Source: a virus. From it: a DNA stretch of 64,000 bases. Under the pieces are notes generated by a model. The model was not told the DNA's origin, made no database searches, and worked only from the letters and a program-made list of their open reading frames with translations. The position numbers and the translations under genes were made by a program. The stretch lies in IMG/VR virus record IMGVR_UViG_3300022542_000792, positions 4,222 through 68,221 of that record; one strand, given 5' to 3'. How positions within the stretch are numbered: the stretch's first letter is position 1; every line of letters starts with the position of its first letter. Of the stretch, positions 1-9,622 are shown piece after piece.

Positions 1-545
1 TGCAATACAATCGTCAGAGCATACGATATTGCGTGACTTTTCTTAAAATAATACTGGTCATCATCAGGTTTTCTATATAATTCTTGTCTTATCAATTCTT
101 TATTTTTTGGATATGCATTCAAAAGTTGTCGTTTTGCTGGTCTAATTAACGAAATTGCATCCGCTAATTCTTGCACAGATGTTGGTTTAACTATGCTCAA
201 TACTTTATAATGTCTGTGGATTTGAAATAGTTTACCAACAACTTCTTCATCTTGCAATAATGACCAATCTGGTTCTATTTTAACAAGAGCACGAATTTCA
301 TCTTTATTGTCAAAGTTATCAAGAATTGATAAGTGAAGGAAATCAATTTTAAAGTATCCTAACTCTTCTGCTTGTTCATATGGAATGGAAGCAAGTCCAG
401 TTATTTTATCTTTTGGAATATGTTGGAAGTATGCACCGACTGGATGTTTTTTGAGTTGTCCATCCTTAACCATAGAAGCACGAACTGCTTCATCAAAGTA
501 GTCAAGAGGGTCAAAATCTGAGTTGAAATCAATGTCAATATCCAT
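1..545 (-). CDS. dnaE: DNA polymerase III alpha (DnaE-type) catalytic fragment, runs off window start
   Basis: Not in ORF track; manual translation from ATG at 545: MDIDIDFNSDFDPLDYF...KHPVGAYF...GYFKIDFLHL...LADAISLIRP...YYFKKSHAISYALTIVL, matching DnaE motifs (P)DIDxD, HxxG, KxDxLGL and FNKSHAxAY. Confidence 0.85.
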   Translation of the reverse strand, partial: MDIDIDFNSDFDPLDYFDEAVRASMVKDGQLKKHPVGAYFQHIPKDKITGLASIPYEQAEELGYFKIDFLHLSILDNFDNKDEIRALVKIEPDWSLLQDEEVVGKLFQIHRHYKVLSIVKPTSVQELADAISLIRPAKRQLLNAYPKNKELIRQELYRKPDDDQYYFKKSHAISYALTIVL

Positions 546-551
546 ACATTA

Positions 552-580
552 ATTATACACGGATATTTTGGGTTAGACAA
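552..580 (-). promoter_or_regulatory. sigma70-type promoter for dnaE fragment (likely leaderless transcript)
   Basis: TTGTCT-17 nt-TATAAT with extended TG; ATG starts 7 nt after the -10 box. Confidence 0.7.
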
Positions 581-2203
581 CTACACTGCTTGTAATGAGG
601 TAATCGCTTGATTCTTAATAGTTTCAACTTCTTCATCAGTAGTAGCTGAACCTATATTCATTTTAGCTCGTAATCTAATTTCTTCTATTTGAGCATTTAC
701 TGCAATCCATTGTGATTTTCTTGCAAGAATACCATCAACGACTTCATCAGTTGTTTTACCTGTTCCATTTACCTCTGCACGAAGGAGAGGAAATGTTGAT
801 AGTTCAGTTGCACCATCAGCAATATAATCTGTAGCTTCATCAACTTTTTCAGCATATAATGCTTCTTGACCAGGAACGATAGTATTAGTTTTAGCTCGTA
901 TTGTAGAAGCAACTTCATCTATTTCTTGTTTAGCCCATACCTTATGTTCATCAAGGTTGACTGGTACTGGTTCTGGAGCAGCAATTGGTTCTGGCTCTGG
1001 TAAATGTTTTTGTACTTCTATTGCAACTAAATCTATAACAACTTGCTCATCAATAATTGCTGTAGTTGAAGTTTGAGGGAACCTATTAAAATATTCTTGA
1101 ATTCCAACCGTAACTAAATGATTGACAGCTGCTTCATCAATAGTTTCAGCTATTGTATTAATCGGTGCGACAACAGGTATGTTTGCAATCTGTTCAGCAA
1201 TCATTTTATTAACTGATTGGACATCTACTTCTGGTTTAGTAAGTTCTTGTCTTGTAATTTCATCTGCAACCAGTTGATTAACTACTTCAGCAGTCATTTC
1301 TGGTTGTGCAATTATTACTTCTGGTTGTTCAGTTGGTATTTTATCAAGCTCTGCAATGACTATTTCTGTAACTGTTTTTTCATCAAGAATTAGAGCATTG
1401 TCTCGTAAATGTTTTGCAACAAGATATTTGACAGCTTCTTCATCAACCGTTTCAACTACAGTATTGATTGGTTCAAACTCAGGTATATTTGCAATCTGTT
1501 CAGCAATCATTTGATTGACTGATTGTACATTTACTTCAGGCTTAGTAAGTTCTTGTCTTGTAATTTCATTAGCAATCATTTGATTAACTGACTGTTCGGT
1601 TACTTCAGGCTTAGTAAGTTCTTGTCTTGCAATTTCATCAGCAATTAGTTGATTAACTATTTGTGTAGTCACTTCTGGTCTTTTATCAAATTCTGCAACA
1701 ACTAATTTTTCAACTGTTTTTTCATCAAGAATTGATGGTGGTGCTGGTGCACGGATTCGTAGTTCTTCTGCAACGAAATATCTAACCGCTTGTTCGTCAA
1801 TCTTCTCAACTATACGATTGACTGGAGCGATAGTAGGTATATTTGCAATTTTCTCAGTAATCATTTCATTAACTGATTGTTTAGTTACTTCTGGTTTAGT
1901 AAGTTCTTGTCTTACAATTTCTTTGTTGATGATTTTTTTAATATCATTTTCATTTATGGTTGGAGCAGGAGCTGGTTGTAATGCTAATCGTTTAGCAACT
2001 AACTTATTGACAGTTTCTTCATCCATAGTTGGCCGTAAAGCTAACTGTTTATCAATTAACCTATTCATAAGTGCAGGGTCAATTTCTTTAACAATTTCCT
2101 TTTCGACAATTTTTTCTTGGATGATAGCTTTATCTTGAAGATGAATTATAATGTCATCTAATGAAATTCCAAGTTGTTCTAGCCGTATTGGTTTTTGTGC
2201 CAT
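581..2203 (-). CDS. Repeat-containing protein with C-terminal tail-fibre-assembly-like domain
   Basis: 540 aa; ~23-aa repeats (RQELTKPEVxxQSVNxMIA); C-terminal ~120 aa (IDEVASTIR..PGQEALYAEKVDEA..FPLLRAE..W..IEEIRLRAK) resembles helical domains encoded next to phage fibre genes. Confidence 0.5.
   Translation of the reverse strand: MAQKPIRLEQLGISLDDIIIHLQDKAIIQEKIVEKEIVKEIDPALMNRLIDKQLALRPTMDEETVNKLVAKRLALQPAPAPTINENDIKKIINKEIVRQELTKPEVTKQSVNEMITEKIANIPTIAPVNRIVEKIDEQAVRYFVAEELRIRAPAPPSILDEKTVEKLVVAEFDKRPEVTTQIVNQLIADEIARQELTKPEVTEQSVNQMIANEITRQELTKPEVNVQSVNQMIAEQIANIPEFEPINTVVETVDEEAVKYLVAKHLRDNALILDEKTVTEIVIAELDKIPTEQPEVIIAQPEMTAEVVNQLVADEITRQELTKPEVDVQSVNKMIAEQIANIPVVAPINTIAETIDEAAVNHLVTVGIQEYFNRFPQTSTTAIIDEQVVIDLVAIEVQKHLPEPEPIAAPEPVPVNLDEHKVWAKQEIDEVASTIRAKTNTIVPGQEALYAEKVDEATDYIADGATELSTFPLLRAEVNGTGKTTDEVVDGILARKSQWIAVNAQIEEIRLRAKMNIGSATTDEEVETIKNQAITSLQAV
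1190..1915 (-). repeat. Intragenic ~69-bp (23-aa) imperfect repeats
   Basis: ttagtaagttcttgtctt recurs at ~1236, ~1542, ~1611, ~1896; tandem pair at ~1505-1660. Confidence 0.8.
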
Positions 2204-2215
2204 TATGTTATCCTA

Positions 2216-2998
2216 TTATGGAACCTTAGGAAATGGTTGATTTCTTTCTGTGGTAAATGATCCATCAGATTGATAATGAAAATCTACATACATCAAGATT
2301 GCATCACTACCAAAAGTATCATTTGTAGAATCACGGAATATACGAAACATTATAATCGTATCTGGCTCAACATTTGTTCCATCAATTATGTTATTGATTG
2401 TAGGTGAACCAGTACCAAGTCCAGCTTCTATTAGGTGATGTATGTACTGAGCATCAGCAGCTTGTTCAAAATAAATTGTCGTAGAAGCTGGAAATGCTTC
2501 TTGATTATATCCCTTTGCAATAGTAAATTCTAACCCCCAACGAACAAACCCAGTTGGTGCTGCATTATCATGTGTCCAGTGTATATGTGGATATAAATTT
2601 GTACCAATAACATAATCATGTAATATATGAACACTCGACCATGCTTGTTCAAGTGAAGTTGGATCAAATCCCCAACCTCTAATATTGTCACGTATTGTTA
2701 CAAGATCGGGTGATGTTCCAGGAGCGCCGACGTCAATATTTGAAGCAGAAGCTAAATAATCATTCCACCCCCAATTTGTCCCTGTTGTGCTTTTTGGTTT
2801 TGAAATCCAATTTGTTCCATCAAATATATATTCACCACCAATATAAGTTACAAATGATGGGGATCCTCCAACGATATCCGTTGTTAAAAAAAACTGCTTG
2901 CCAGTGGCAGGTGCACCAGGAAAGGAAGTTCCAGATTCTAATATGTTCTCGAATGTGCTTTCGTCTACTTGAAATCCTGCAATTGGTGGTTGTGCCAT
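2216..2998 (-). CDS. Putative virion/tail-fibre-associated protein
   Basis: 260 aa beta-rich, FDGTNW motif, in fibre cluster, ATAAATA late motif upstream. Confidence 0.5.
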   Translation of the reverse strand: MAQPPIAGFQVDESTFENILESGTSFPGAPATGKQFFLTTDIVGGSPSFVTYIGGEYIFDGTNWISKPKSTTGTNWGWNDYLASASNIDVGAPGTSPDLVTIRDNIRGWGFDPTSLEQAWSSVHILHDYVIGTNLYPHIHWTHDNAAPTGFVRWGLEFTIAKGYNQEAFPASTTIYFEQAADAQYIHHLIEAGLGTGSPTINNIIDGTNVEPDTIIMFRIFRDSTNDTFGSDAILMYVDFHYQSDGSFTTERNQPFPKVP

Positions 2999-3033
2999 TT
3001 ATATATTCTCCATATTTTCTAATTATTTATATA

Positions 3034-4557
3034 TTATCCGAACCCGTAGAATTCTACATCATCATTCAATGCTGGAGTTTGTCCAGCATTGAATGTAACT
3101 GTATTTGGTGCAGTTATAGTGTATGCTTTACCTGATCCTTCAACTTGTTTAATACCATTAACAAATACCATTATTGATGCTTCTCCTGGTGGAGAACCAG
3201 CTGGATCAGTGAAACTGAAAGCTGTAGTATATGCTACAGGAATTTCTGGTGAGCCACCAACACCTGTTCCAGCTTGCAAATCATAATCTGGAAGAGTTGT
3301 TTTGTTATCAACGTATTGTTTCGTTGCAGCTTCAAGTGGTTGTGCAGGGTCAATTGCAAGTGTGACAACACCGCTTCCTGCTACAGTAACATTACCTGTA
3401 AATAATGAATCACCAAGAACATCAAAAGGAACTGAAGGTGCTACATTAATACCAACTCTGTCAGACCCTGCATCAACATAAAGTGTATCAGTATCAACAA
3501 GTAAATTGTTAAGTATTTGAACATTATCATTTGCATCAACTGCAAGAAGATTACTAGTACCAGCAACGTCTTTAATAAGCAAAGTTGCTGAAGCAACATT
3601 GTTCCCTTTAAGCTCCCAAGTAACACCAGTCGCATCTGTGCGCAAAACTGCTCCACCAACTGCTTTAATACCTTTTGCATTTGCAAATTGTAAGTCATTT
3701 GAAAATTGATTATCTAATGTAGTTCCAGTTTGTTTAAATGAGTTTGTAGTTGATGTGTGACCATCGTGTTCAACACGAAGACGTTCACTTCCAGTTGCAG
3801 ACAAAACTCTGAAAATTGAATCTGCAGAAGCAGGATCTATTAATGTACGAAGAGCAGCACCAACATCAGGATAAGATGAATCGCTACCAGAGATAACAAC
3901 ATCAGCCGAAGCTGGTGAGCCAGTACCATTTGGATTTTCTGGATCAGTTAATATTAATGATCCTGATGATGCCAACGAGACACTAGAAGACCATCCAGAT
4001 AATGTATACCGATAAAGTGTTTCATCTATTGTGTTAAACCATTGTTGTCCAATAATAGGATTTGAAGGTGCAGTGCTATTAGCAAAGTTTTCCAATAAAT
4101 GGACTGAACTTTCTAACATTGCGATACCATAATTTAAGTAACCGCGACCAGGAATTAATAATGATGTAGCTTCTTCTGCACCAGGAATTGAATATTTAAT
4201 TTGTCCAAGTGGTAATGCATCTGAAGTTATTTGTCCAGTTTCTACAACTGGTATTGTTGTACGATTTGTTCCTGCACTATATGTGCTTCCAACAAGCGGA
4301 GAACCACTACCCAAAACAGTATACGTTCCATTATTTGGTAACGCAGGGCTTCCAGCAACACCAGTATTCTCTACTGTAAATGTTTGTCCTGGAACGAAAC
4401 GATAAGTTAAATCACCAGCAAGTTCAAATGAAGCTCCTATATTGGTTACTTGAATTCGTCTTGGAATTGATAGATTACCAGGACCATTACTTTCTAATGG
4501 ATAAACATTAAAAGTCGTAACTCCATCTGAAAGTGTGATTGTGTAAATATCGGCCAT
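3034..4557 (-). CDS. Virion structural protein (fibre/baseplate-associated, LLENF family)
   Basis: GRGYLNYG..HLLENFA..GQQWFN domain shared with two neighbours; AATKQYVD fibre motif; VFVNGIKQ C-terminal domain. Confidence 0.65.
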   Translation of the reverse strand: MADIYTITLSDGVTTFNVYPLESNGPGNLSIPRRIQVTNIGASFELAGDLTYRFVPGQTFTVENTGVAGSPALPNNGTYTVLGSGSPLVGSTYSAGTNRTTIPVVETGQITSDALPLGQIKYSIPGAEEATSLLIPGRGYLNYGIAMLESSVHLLENFANSTAPSNPIIGQQWFNTIDETLYRYTLSGWSSSVSLASSGSLILTDPENPNGTGSPASADVVISGSDSSYPDVGAALRTLIDPASADSIFRVLSATGSERLRVEHDGHTSTTNSFKQTGTTLDNQFSNDLQFANAKGIKAVGGAVLRTDATGVTWELKGNNVASATLLIKDVAGTSNLLAVDANDNVQILNNLLVDTDTLYVDAGSDRVGINVAPSVPFDVLGDSLFTGNVTVAGSGVVTLAIDPAQPLEAATKQYVDNKTTLPDYDLQAGTGVGGSPEIPVAYTTAFSFTDPAGSPPGEASIMVFVNGIKQVEGSGKAYTITAPNTVTFNAGQTPALNDDVEFYGFG

Positions 4558-4578
4558 TTTTTATTAATCCTTTATTAA

Positions 4579-6915
4579 TTACGTTATTAAGAACTCAACA
4601 ACTGCCCCTGATGGGACTGCTGTTCTGAATACGATAGCATATGCGATTATACCTGCTGATGCTTGAATATACGATATTGAAGGTGAACCAACAAGGTCAG
4701 CCTCATAATAAGCACCATCGTTTGTTACTTGTGTGATGTCTCCTGGATAGTCAGGGAAAATATTATTATAATCATATATAGGCAAACTAACAGTTGCACC
4801 GACAGCACCCATTGCAGTAAATAAATCAACATCTGTGATGCTTATTGCTGAACCGTTTCCTGAAGTATCTGAGAACACAAAAATACCAACCCAACGAGGA
4901 TCATATATTGCTGTTGCTCCTGTTACTTGAGCATTAATTTGGTCTATGATATCCTGAACTGTTTGTACTTGCGATCCCGTAACATTTACAGTTTGAGGAG
5001 TTTGTGGACTACCAGTTGCTTGTCCATCAACTGCAACAGTAAATGAATATGCTGTCGCATCATCTGGCAAACCAGTTGCTGCAGTTGGTGAAACGTTAAA
5101 CTCTCTTCTAAAATATATTGTTTGACGAGCACGCTGATCGGCATATTGTTTAATACCATTTATAAATACTTGCAATCTATTAAATCCAGAAATATATTCT
5201 TCATCATTATCAATTAAGAATTCTGTTTGTGGTGCAACTGGACGATGAATTTGTTGTAATATTATTTGATTACCAAGTTCTCTTGAAGTTTTACTACCTA
5301 TTTCTGAACTAAGTTGCTCAACTATAACATCAATCGTAGTGTCAAGTTGTTGTGGACTACCACCTGGAACAAGTGCATCACGTAATACTGAATCAACTAC
5401 AGTATGTGTTACATCAGTTGATGGATGAGTATGACTCAAGTCTACTTGTATAGGAACTGGAAGTGGCGAACCACCATCAGATGTTTGAAGATCTAATTGA
5501 TAGATTGATGAATCCCAAGCTGCACTAATTAATACACCATCAGCTCCACCAAGAGCATAAGTGGCAATAGCTTGGTGTACAAAACTACAGGTTGCAATTT
5601 GTGTCGTGGTGTTCGTAGCAGGTGTTGCTGTTGGCGCTATAGGTGTTCCAGTTAATGATGGAGAAGCAAGAGGAGCTGCACCAGCCACATCCGCAATTAA
5701 TATATTTCTATTTTTCCATTGTCCTGCTGGACTACCAACATTGTCATAATATAAAAATTCATCGTGCGATGGAGTAGGTACATAAACATCTAATAAATCA
5801 TCTATTGAAGCTGGAGTTCCTCCTGATACAATAGCTACCACATCATCAACATATTTTTTGGAGGCTGCTGCAGTATCACCAGATGGAAGAGCTGGAAGTC
5901 CAAGAACTTCATTGTTACTCTGTATTTGAATATTACCAGCAAATGTGCTTGTATCATCAGCATCCGAAACACCAACAGTTAATACTGTCACCCCTACAGA
6001 ATTCTTAACTACAAAACTACTAAAAAGGGAGTTGCCAGATTGCATCTCCCAAGTAAATCCGTCTGAACTTAATATTAGTGTTGCACCATCTGCAAGTGGA
6101 GAGCCAGCAACATTCCCTATCAAACCTTTTGTTGCATCAATATTAATATTTGCACCAGTCATTGTTAAATCACCAGTCATTGTATCACCAGTTTGGAGAA
6201 CATAGTTTCCACCTGATGATGCCCACATACTTCCATTCCAAACTTTTAAATCGGTGTTTGCAGTATCATACCACAAGTCACCATCAACGGGGGAAGTAGG
6301 TGCTGTAGTAGATGCAAATGTGCTACTGGTTACAGAAACCCAAGCTTCGCCATTGTACACTTTAAGAGATTTTTCAGGAGTGGCATTTAACGTTATTGGA
6401 TCAGTACTTCCATTAGAACCCGAGTGAAGAACTGTTACCCATGTGTTGGTTAAAGGATGGTCAGTGATAAGTACTCGTCTTTTAAGAGTTAAATTAAGAG
6501 TATCAAACCAATATATTCCATCAGCGACTGCACCTGGATCGGTGCCTTTAGCGTATGTTACTGTTAATGAATCCCAACTAGACGTACTATCATTCCAACG
6601 ATACCAACCAGAAGTAGTTAAAGTGGTTTGCCAATATTCTCTTCGTGAAAACCAAACTTGCCCAGAAATTGGGAGTACAGGAACTGTTGCTCCAGAGAAA
6701 TTTTCAAGTAGATGAAGAACGTTTTCAGCGATTCGTTCGCCGTAATTTGCAGAGCCCCTTCCGTATATTAGTAAACTTGTATCAGCACTAACTGCAGATG
6801 AATCAAGTTGCCCAGAGATTGGGAATGTACGACCATTTGCCGTATATGGGCTAACTATAAACGAAGACTTAGATGGGTCCGTAAAATGTATAATGTACTG
6901 TTCTGGTTGAGCCAT
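4579..6915 (-). CDS. Virion structural/tail fibre protein (LLENF family)
   Basis: YGRGSANYG..HLLENFS; GDLWYDT, GDTMTGDL, AASKKYVD and SPSLTGTPIAPT..TTQIAT fibre motifs. Confidence 0.7.
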   Translation of the reverse strand: MAQPEQYIIHFTDPSKSSFIVSPYTANGRTFPISGQLDSSAVSADTSLLIYGRGSANYGERIAENVLHLLENFSGATVPVLPISGQVWFSRREYWQTTLTTSGWYRWNDSTSSWDSLTVTYAKGTDPGAVADGIYWFDTLNLTLKRRVLITDHPLTNTWVTVLHSGSNGSTDPITLNATPEKSLKVYNGEAWVSVTSSTFASTTAPTSPVDGDLWYDTANTDLKVWNGSMWASSGGNYVLQTGDTMTGDLTMTGANINIDATKGLIGNVAGSPLADGATLILSSDGFTWEMQSGNSLFSSFVVKNSVGVTVLTVGVSDADDTSTFAGNIQIQSNNEVLGLPALPSGDTAAASKKYVDDVVAIVSGGTPASIDDLLDVYVPTPSHDEFLYYDNVGSPAGQWKNRNILIADVAGAAPLASPSLTGTPIAPTATPATNTTTQIATCSFVHQAIATYALGGADGVLISAAWDSSIYQLDLQTSDGGSPLPVPIQVDLSHTHPSTDVTHTVVDSVLRDALVPGGSPQQLDTTIDVIVEQLSSEIGSKTSRELGNQIILQQIHRPVAPQTEFLIDNDEEYISGFNRLQVFINGIKQYADQRARQTIYFRREFNVSPTAATGLPDDATAYSFTVAVDGQATGSPQTPQTVNVTGSQVQTVQDIIDQINAQVTGATAIYDPRWVGIFVFSDTSGNGSAISITDVDLFTAMGAVGATVSLPIYDYNNIFPDYPGDITQVTNDGAYYEADLVGSPSISYIQASAGIIAYAIVFRTAVPSGAVVEFLIT

Positions 6916-6977
6916 AGCTTCCTCGCATAAAATAGACTTTTTATGTATTTATGATAGGTCAATTCTTGTTCAGTAAT

Positions 6978-7006
6978 AAAAAATAGCGTCCGAAGACGCT
7001 ATTTTT
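6978..7006. terminator. Intrinsic terminator (bidirectional form)
   Basis: aaaaatagcgtc-cgaa-gacgctattttt perfect stem with A/T tails. Confidence 0.8.
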
Positions 7007-7027
7007 GTTGGTATGATCAAACTCATA

Positions 7028-8020
7028 TTATGAGTATTGTGCAGGGAATATTATGTTCCAAGTACTAAACGCATATATTTTTATTTGTGTGTTGAGTGAA
7101 TCAACCCAAATATCACCATCTTTTGCAGTACCAGGTGTGCTTGATGAAGTTGTTATCAACGGCTTGGCATCAACGTATGCTTTTGTGGCAGCGTGCAATG
7201 TGTTTGTCGGAGCGCCAGAAAGTGTAAGTGCACCCGTCATTGTACTGCCAGCTTTTGCAACTTTTGCATCCAATTGTGTTTGTATGCTTGAGGTTACACC
7301 ACTAATATCTGTTGATATTAATCCTCTATTTTCCCAAGTAGTCCCATTGAAATATAAAACCTCACCAGTTACAGCAGATGATGTTACATCATCTTCAACA
7401 TCTGACAATTCCCATAATTCATTATTACTACTGATTAATCCATCAACATATTCTTTAGAAGCTGCTCCAGTTGCAGATGGTGACGCTGGTAATCCAAGAA
7501 CTTCACCACCTCCAGCAAATGTAATGTTAGCAGCAGAGTCCATCGTATCACCAGATTTCAATACATAGTGATCAGCTGTTGATGTCCAAACCATTGCATA
7601 ATATACTTTAAGTTGAGTTGCGACCGTATCAAACCACAAATCCCCATCTTGTGGATTTGGTGGTGCGGTAGCTGATGAGAAAACACCACCAGCAGAAACC
7701 CAGTTAGTCCCATCAAACATCATTAATTTATTGGTAGTTGAGTTAAACCATAGTTGTCCTTTTACAGAATATGCTGGATCAAAAAATGCTGGATCTGGTG
7801 CTGTTGTTGCAGGGCTTCCACCCAATTCAGGACTTGCGAAATTTTCTAATATCTTGAGGAAATTTTCATTTACGCCTTCGCCATATTGTAGAGAACCTGC
7901 GCCATATAAACGAAGATTGGTATTTTGTGTTACAGATCCTGGTCCGTCTAGCTTGTTCGGACTGATTCTAAAATTGCCATTCGCTGGATCTGTGTGGTCA
8001 ATGATGTAAATGGCTGTCAT
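7028..8020 (-). CDS. Virion structural/tail fibre protein (LLENF family)
   Basis: LYGAGSLQYG..KILENFA; GDLWFDT, AASKEYVD and AATKAYVD motifs. Confidence 0.7.
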   Translation of the reverse strand: MTAIYIIDHTDPANGNFRISPNKLDGPGSVTQNTNLRLYGAGSLQYGEGVNENFLKILENFASPELGGSPATTAPDPAFFDPAYSVKGQLWFNSTTNKLMMFDGTNWVSAGGVFSSATAPPNPQDGDLWFDTVATQLKVYYAMVWTSTADHYVLKSGDTMDSAANITFAGGGEVLGLPASPSATGAASKEYVDGLISSNNELWELSDVEDDVTSSAVTGEVLYFNGTTWENRGLISTDISGVTSSIQTQLDAKVAKAGSTMTGALTLSGAPTNTLHAATKAYVDAKPLITTSSSTPGTAKDGDIWVDSLNTQIKIYAFSTWNIIFPAQYS

Positions 8021-8067
8021 ATTAGTCCATTCCCCTTAATATTTAATTAGACTTTCGTGCGTTAAGG

Positions 8068-8075
8068 TATTTATA
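8068..8075 (-). promoter_or_regulatory. T4-type late promoter TATAAATA
   Basis: Exact TATAAATA upstream of fibre gene; ATAAATA recurs upstream of nearly all structural genes (e.g. ~3025, ~6947, ~22890, ~40573, ~41295, ~43480, ~49459, ~50255, ~51137, ~54078, ~55301, ~56972, ~59232). Confidence 0.75.
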
Positions 8076-8146
8076 CAAAGTCAATCTTTGTGTTAATCTA
8101 TTAGTTTATATTTATCAATTGGGTGGTAGGGGGATAGGGGGATGTG

Positions 8147-8827
8147 CTAGATATCAAGTTCTTCTACGTACTTTTTCATCATTTCTACATCATTTGGTTG
8201 TTTTCCGAATTTATCCACCCAATAATGAGGACGGATGATAGACTCCATAATAATTCGTTGTTCATCAGAAGTTTGGTGTATTAATAATTCTTTGAACTTG
8301 GGACTGAACAGCAGAATCCAAGGTGATAATCTACGTTCACGAAGTAATGTGATTACTTCATTTGGTTGTAATATGTCAAATATTTCATTTACCTCACATT
8401 CAGCAGCATCCGCTATTTTGAATAATGTATCAATAGTAACCTTGGCTTGACTCAATGGAGATGCACGTCTATCCAAATATTCAAGATATATAGCATACAC
8501 TTGGTCGTTCGTCCATAGTGTAGGAGAAATATCCTTTTCTTTCATTAACGCAACAAATGCATCAACATCAGGAAAGTTTAATTTTTTAACACGTTGTGCA
8601 AAACGATTAAATGATTGGTAATACTTTGACTTTAAAAATGATTGGGAATTCGGAACCATTCGCTTATATGCTTTCATCCACTTCTGGTAGAAAAGCCAAG
8701 CTGCTTGTCCTATAGGCGTACGGAATTCTTCATTACGTTGCATCTGTTTACAGTGATGCTTGAGGTATCTATCCTCTGTAACAAACTTGGCAGAACAGTA
8801 CGAACATTCAAAGTGTTCTTTCTTCAT
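8147..8827 (-). CDS. Hypothetical protein with N-terminal zinc finger
   Basis: FECSYC..F..E..YLKHHC pattern; overlap-coupled to upstream gene. Confidence 0.6.
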   Translation of the reverse strand: MKKEHFECSYCSAKFVTEDRYLKHHCKQMQRNEEFRTPIGQAAWLFYQKWMKAYKRMVPNSQSFLKSKYYQSFNRFAQRVKKLNFPDVDAFVALMKEKDISPTLWTNDQVYAIYLEYLDRRASPLSQAKVTIDTLFKIADAAECEVNEIFDILQPNEVITLLRERRLSPWILLFSPKFKELLIHQTSDEQRIIMESIIRPHYWVDKFGKQPNDVEMMKKYVEELDI

Positions 8828-9297
8828 CTATTTTTCAATTCTCGTTTGATTTTCGTCATCTCTTCTTTCTGTCTTCCCAATTGTTCAGCATACTCTAATA
8901 TATCATCATTGGTCAACATCGGTAATGCTTCAATTGCATGCATTGTGCTATAATTAAAATAGTCTTTAATAACACTAACAGACAATGGTGTTGTAGATGA
9001 TTTTTTAGATAACGCCTTATTCCAGGTATATCGTTGAGACTTTCCACTCGTGCAAGTTGTCATCAAATAGTAGATTAATTCCTTATGCGTATGCATTGAA
9101 AAGACAAAGGGATTGACTAATTCATTAAGGAAGTAAACTTGACGAGCATCTGTTGTTCCAGATAACCATCGCATAACAACTAATGGTTGAAATGCTTTCT
9201 TTTCTTCGTCTGTTAAGTCTTTAAAGAAATTTCTATCTTTCTTACTAATATGATTTAACGTTTGGAATATATCAAGTTTATGCTTCGTCTGTGTCAT
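8824..9297 (-). CDS. Clamp loader small subunit (T4 gp62-like)
   Basis: DIFQTLNHISKKD..LTDEEKKAFQPLVVMRWLS pattern, size, same operon as RFC ATPase. Confidence 0.6.
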   Translation of the reverse strand: MTQTKHKLDIFQTLNHISKKDRNFFKDLTDEEKKAFQPLVVMRWLSGTTDARQVYFLNELVNPFVFSMHTHKELIYYLMTTCTSGKSQRYTWNKALSKKSSTTPLSVSVIKDYFNYSTMHAIEALPMLTNDDILEYAEQLGRQKEEMTKIKRELKNR

Positions 9298-9622
9298 TTG
9301 GTATTCCTAATTTCGTTCCGCAAAACTTACACACAATGTGAGTGTCTTTATATAAAAGGTCATCAAGTGGGTGTATGCATTCTTTAACCATCGTTGCACG
9401 AAGAGCAGTCACATCATCCATAATAGGCATCTTTTGTGCCATCAAATCAAGAATCTGTTCTTCAATAGGACGAATGACGGCAATTAGTTTAACCATGTTA
9501 TCCATTTTACGATTCCAAGATGTCTTCTCACTTCTTGTTGAACTGTTAGCAACAGACTCAAGACGTTGACGTATTAATGTTTCTTCTGGTGTTTCGTTTT
9601 CTGGTCTCTTTCTACGTGCCAT
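9278..9622 (-). CDS. Hypothetical protein, coiled coil plus C-terminal Zn-ribbon
   Basis: CIHP...CKFC; overlap-coupled. Confidence 0.55.
   Translation of the reverse strand: MARRKRPENETPEETLIRQRLESVANSSTRSEKTSWNRKMDNMVKLIAVIRPIEEQILDLMAQKMPIMDDVTALRATMVKECIHPLDDLLYKDTHIVCKFCGTKLGIPNDTDEA

Noticed and set aside
8121-8144. G-rich patch gggtggtagggggataggggg in an AT-rich intergenic region
   Set aside because: Short, only three tracts of 3 or more G; insufficient for a G-quadruplex or regulatory claim.
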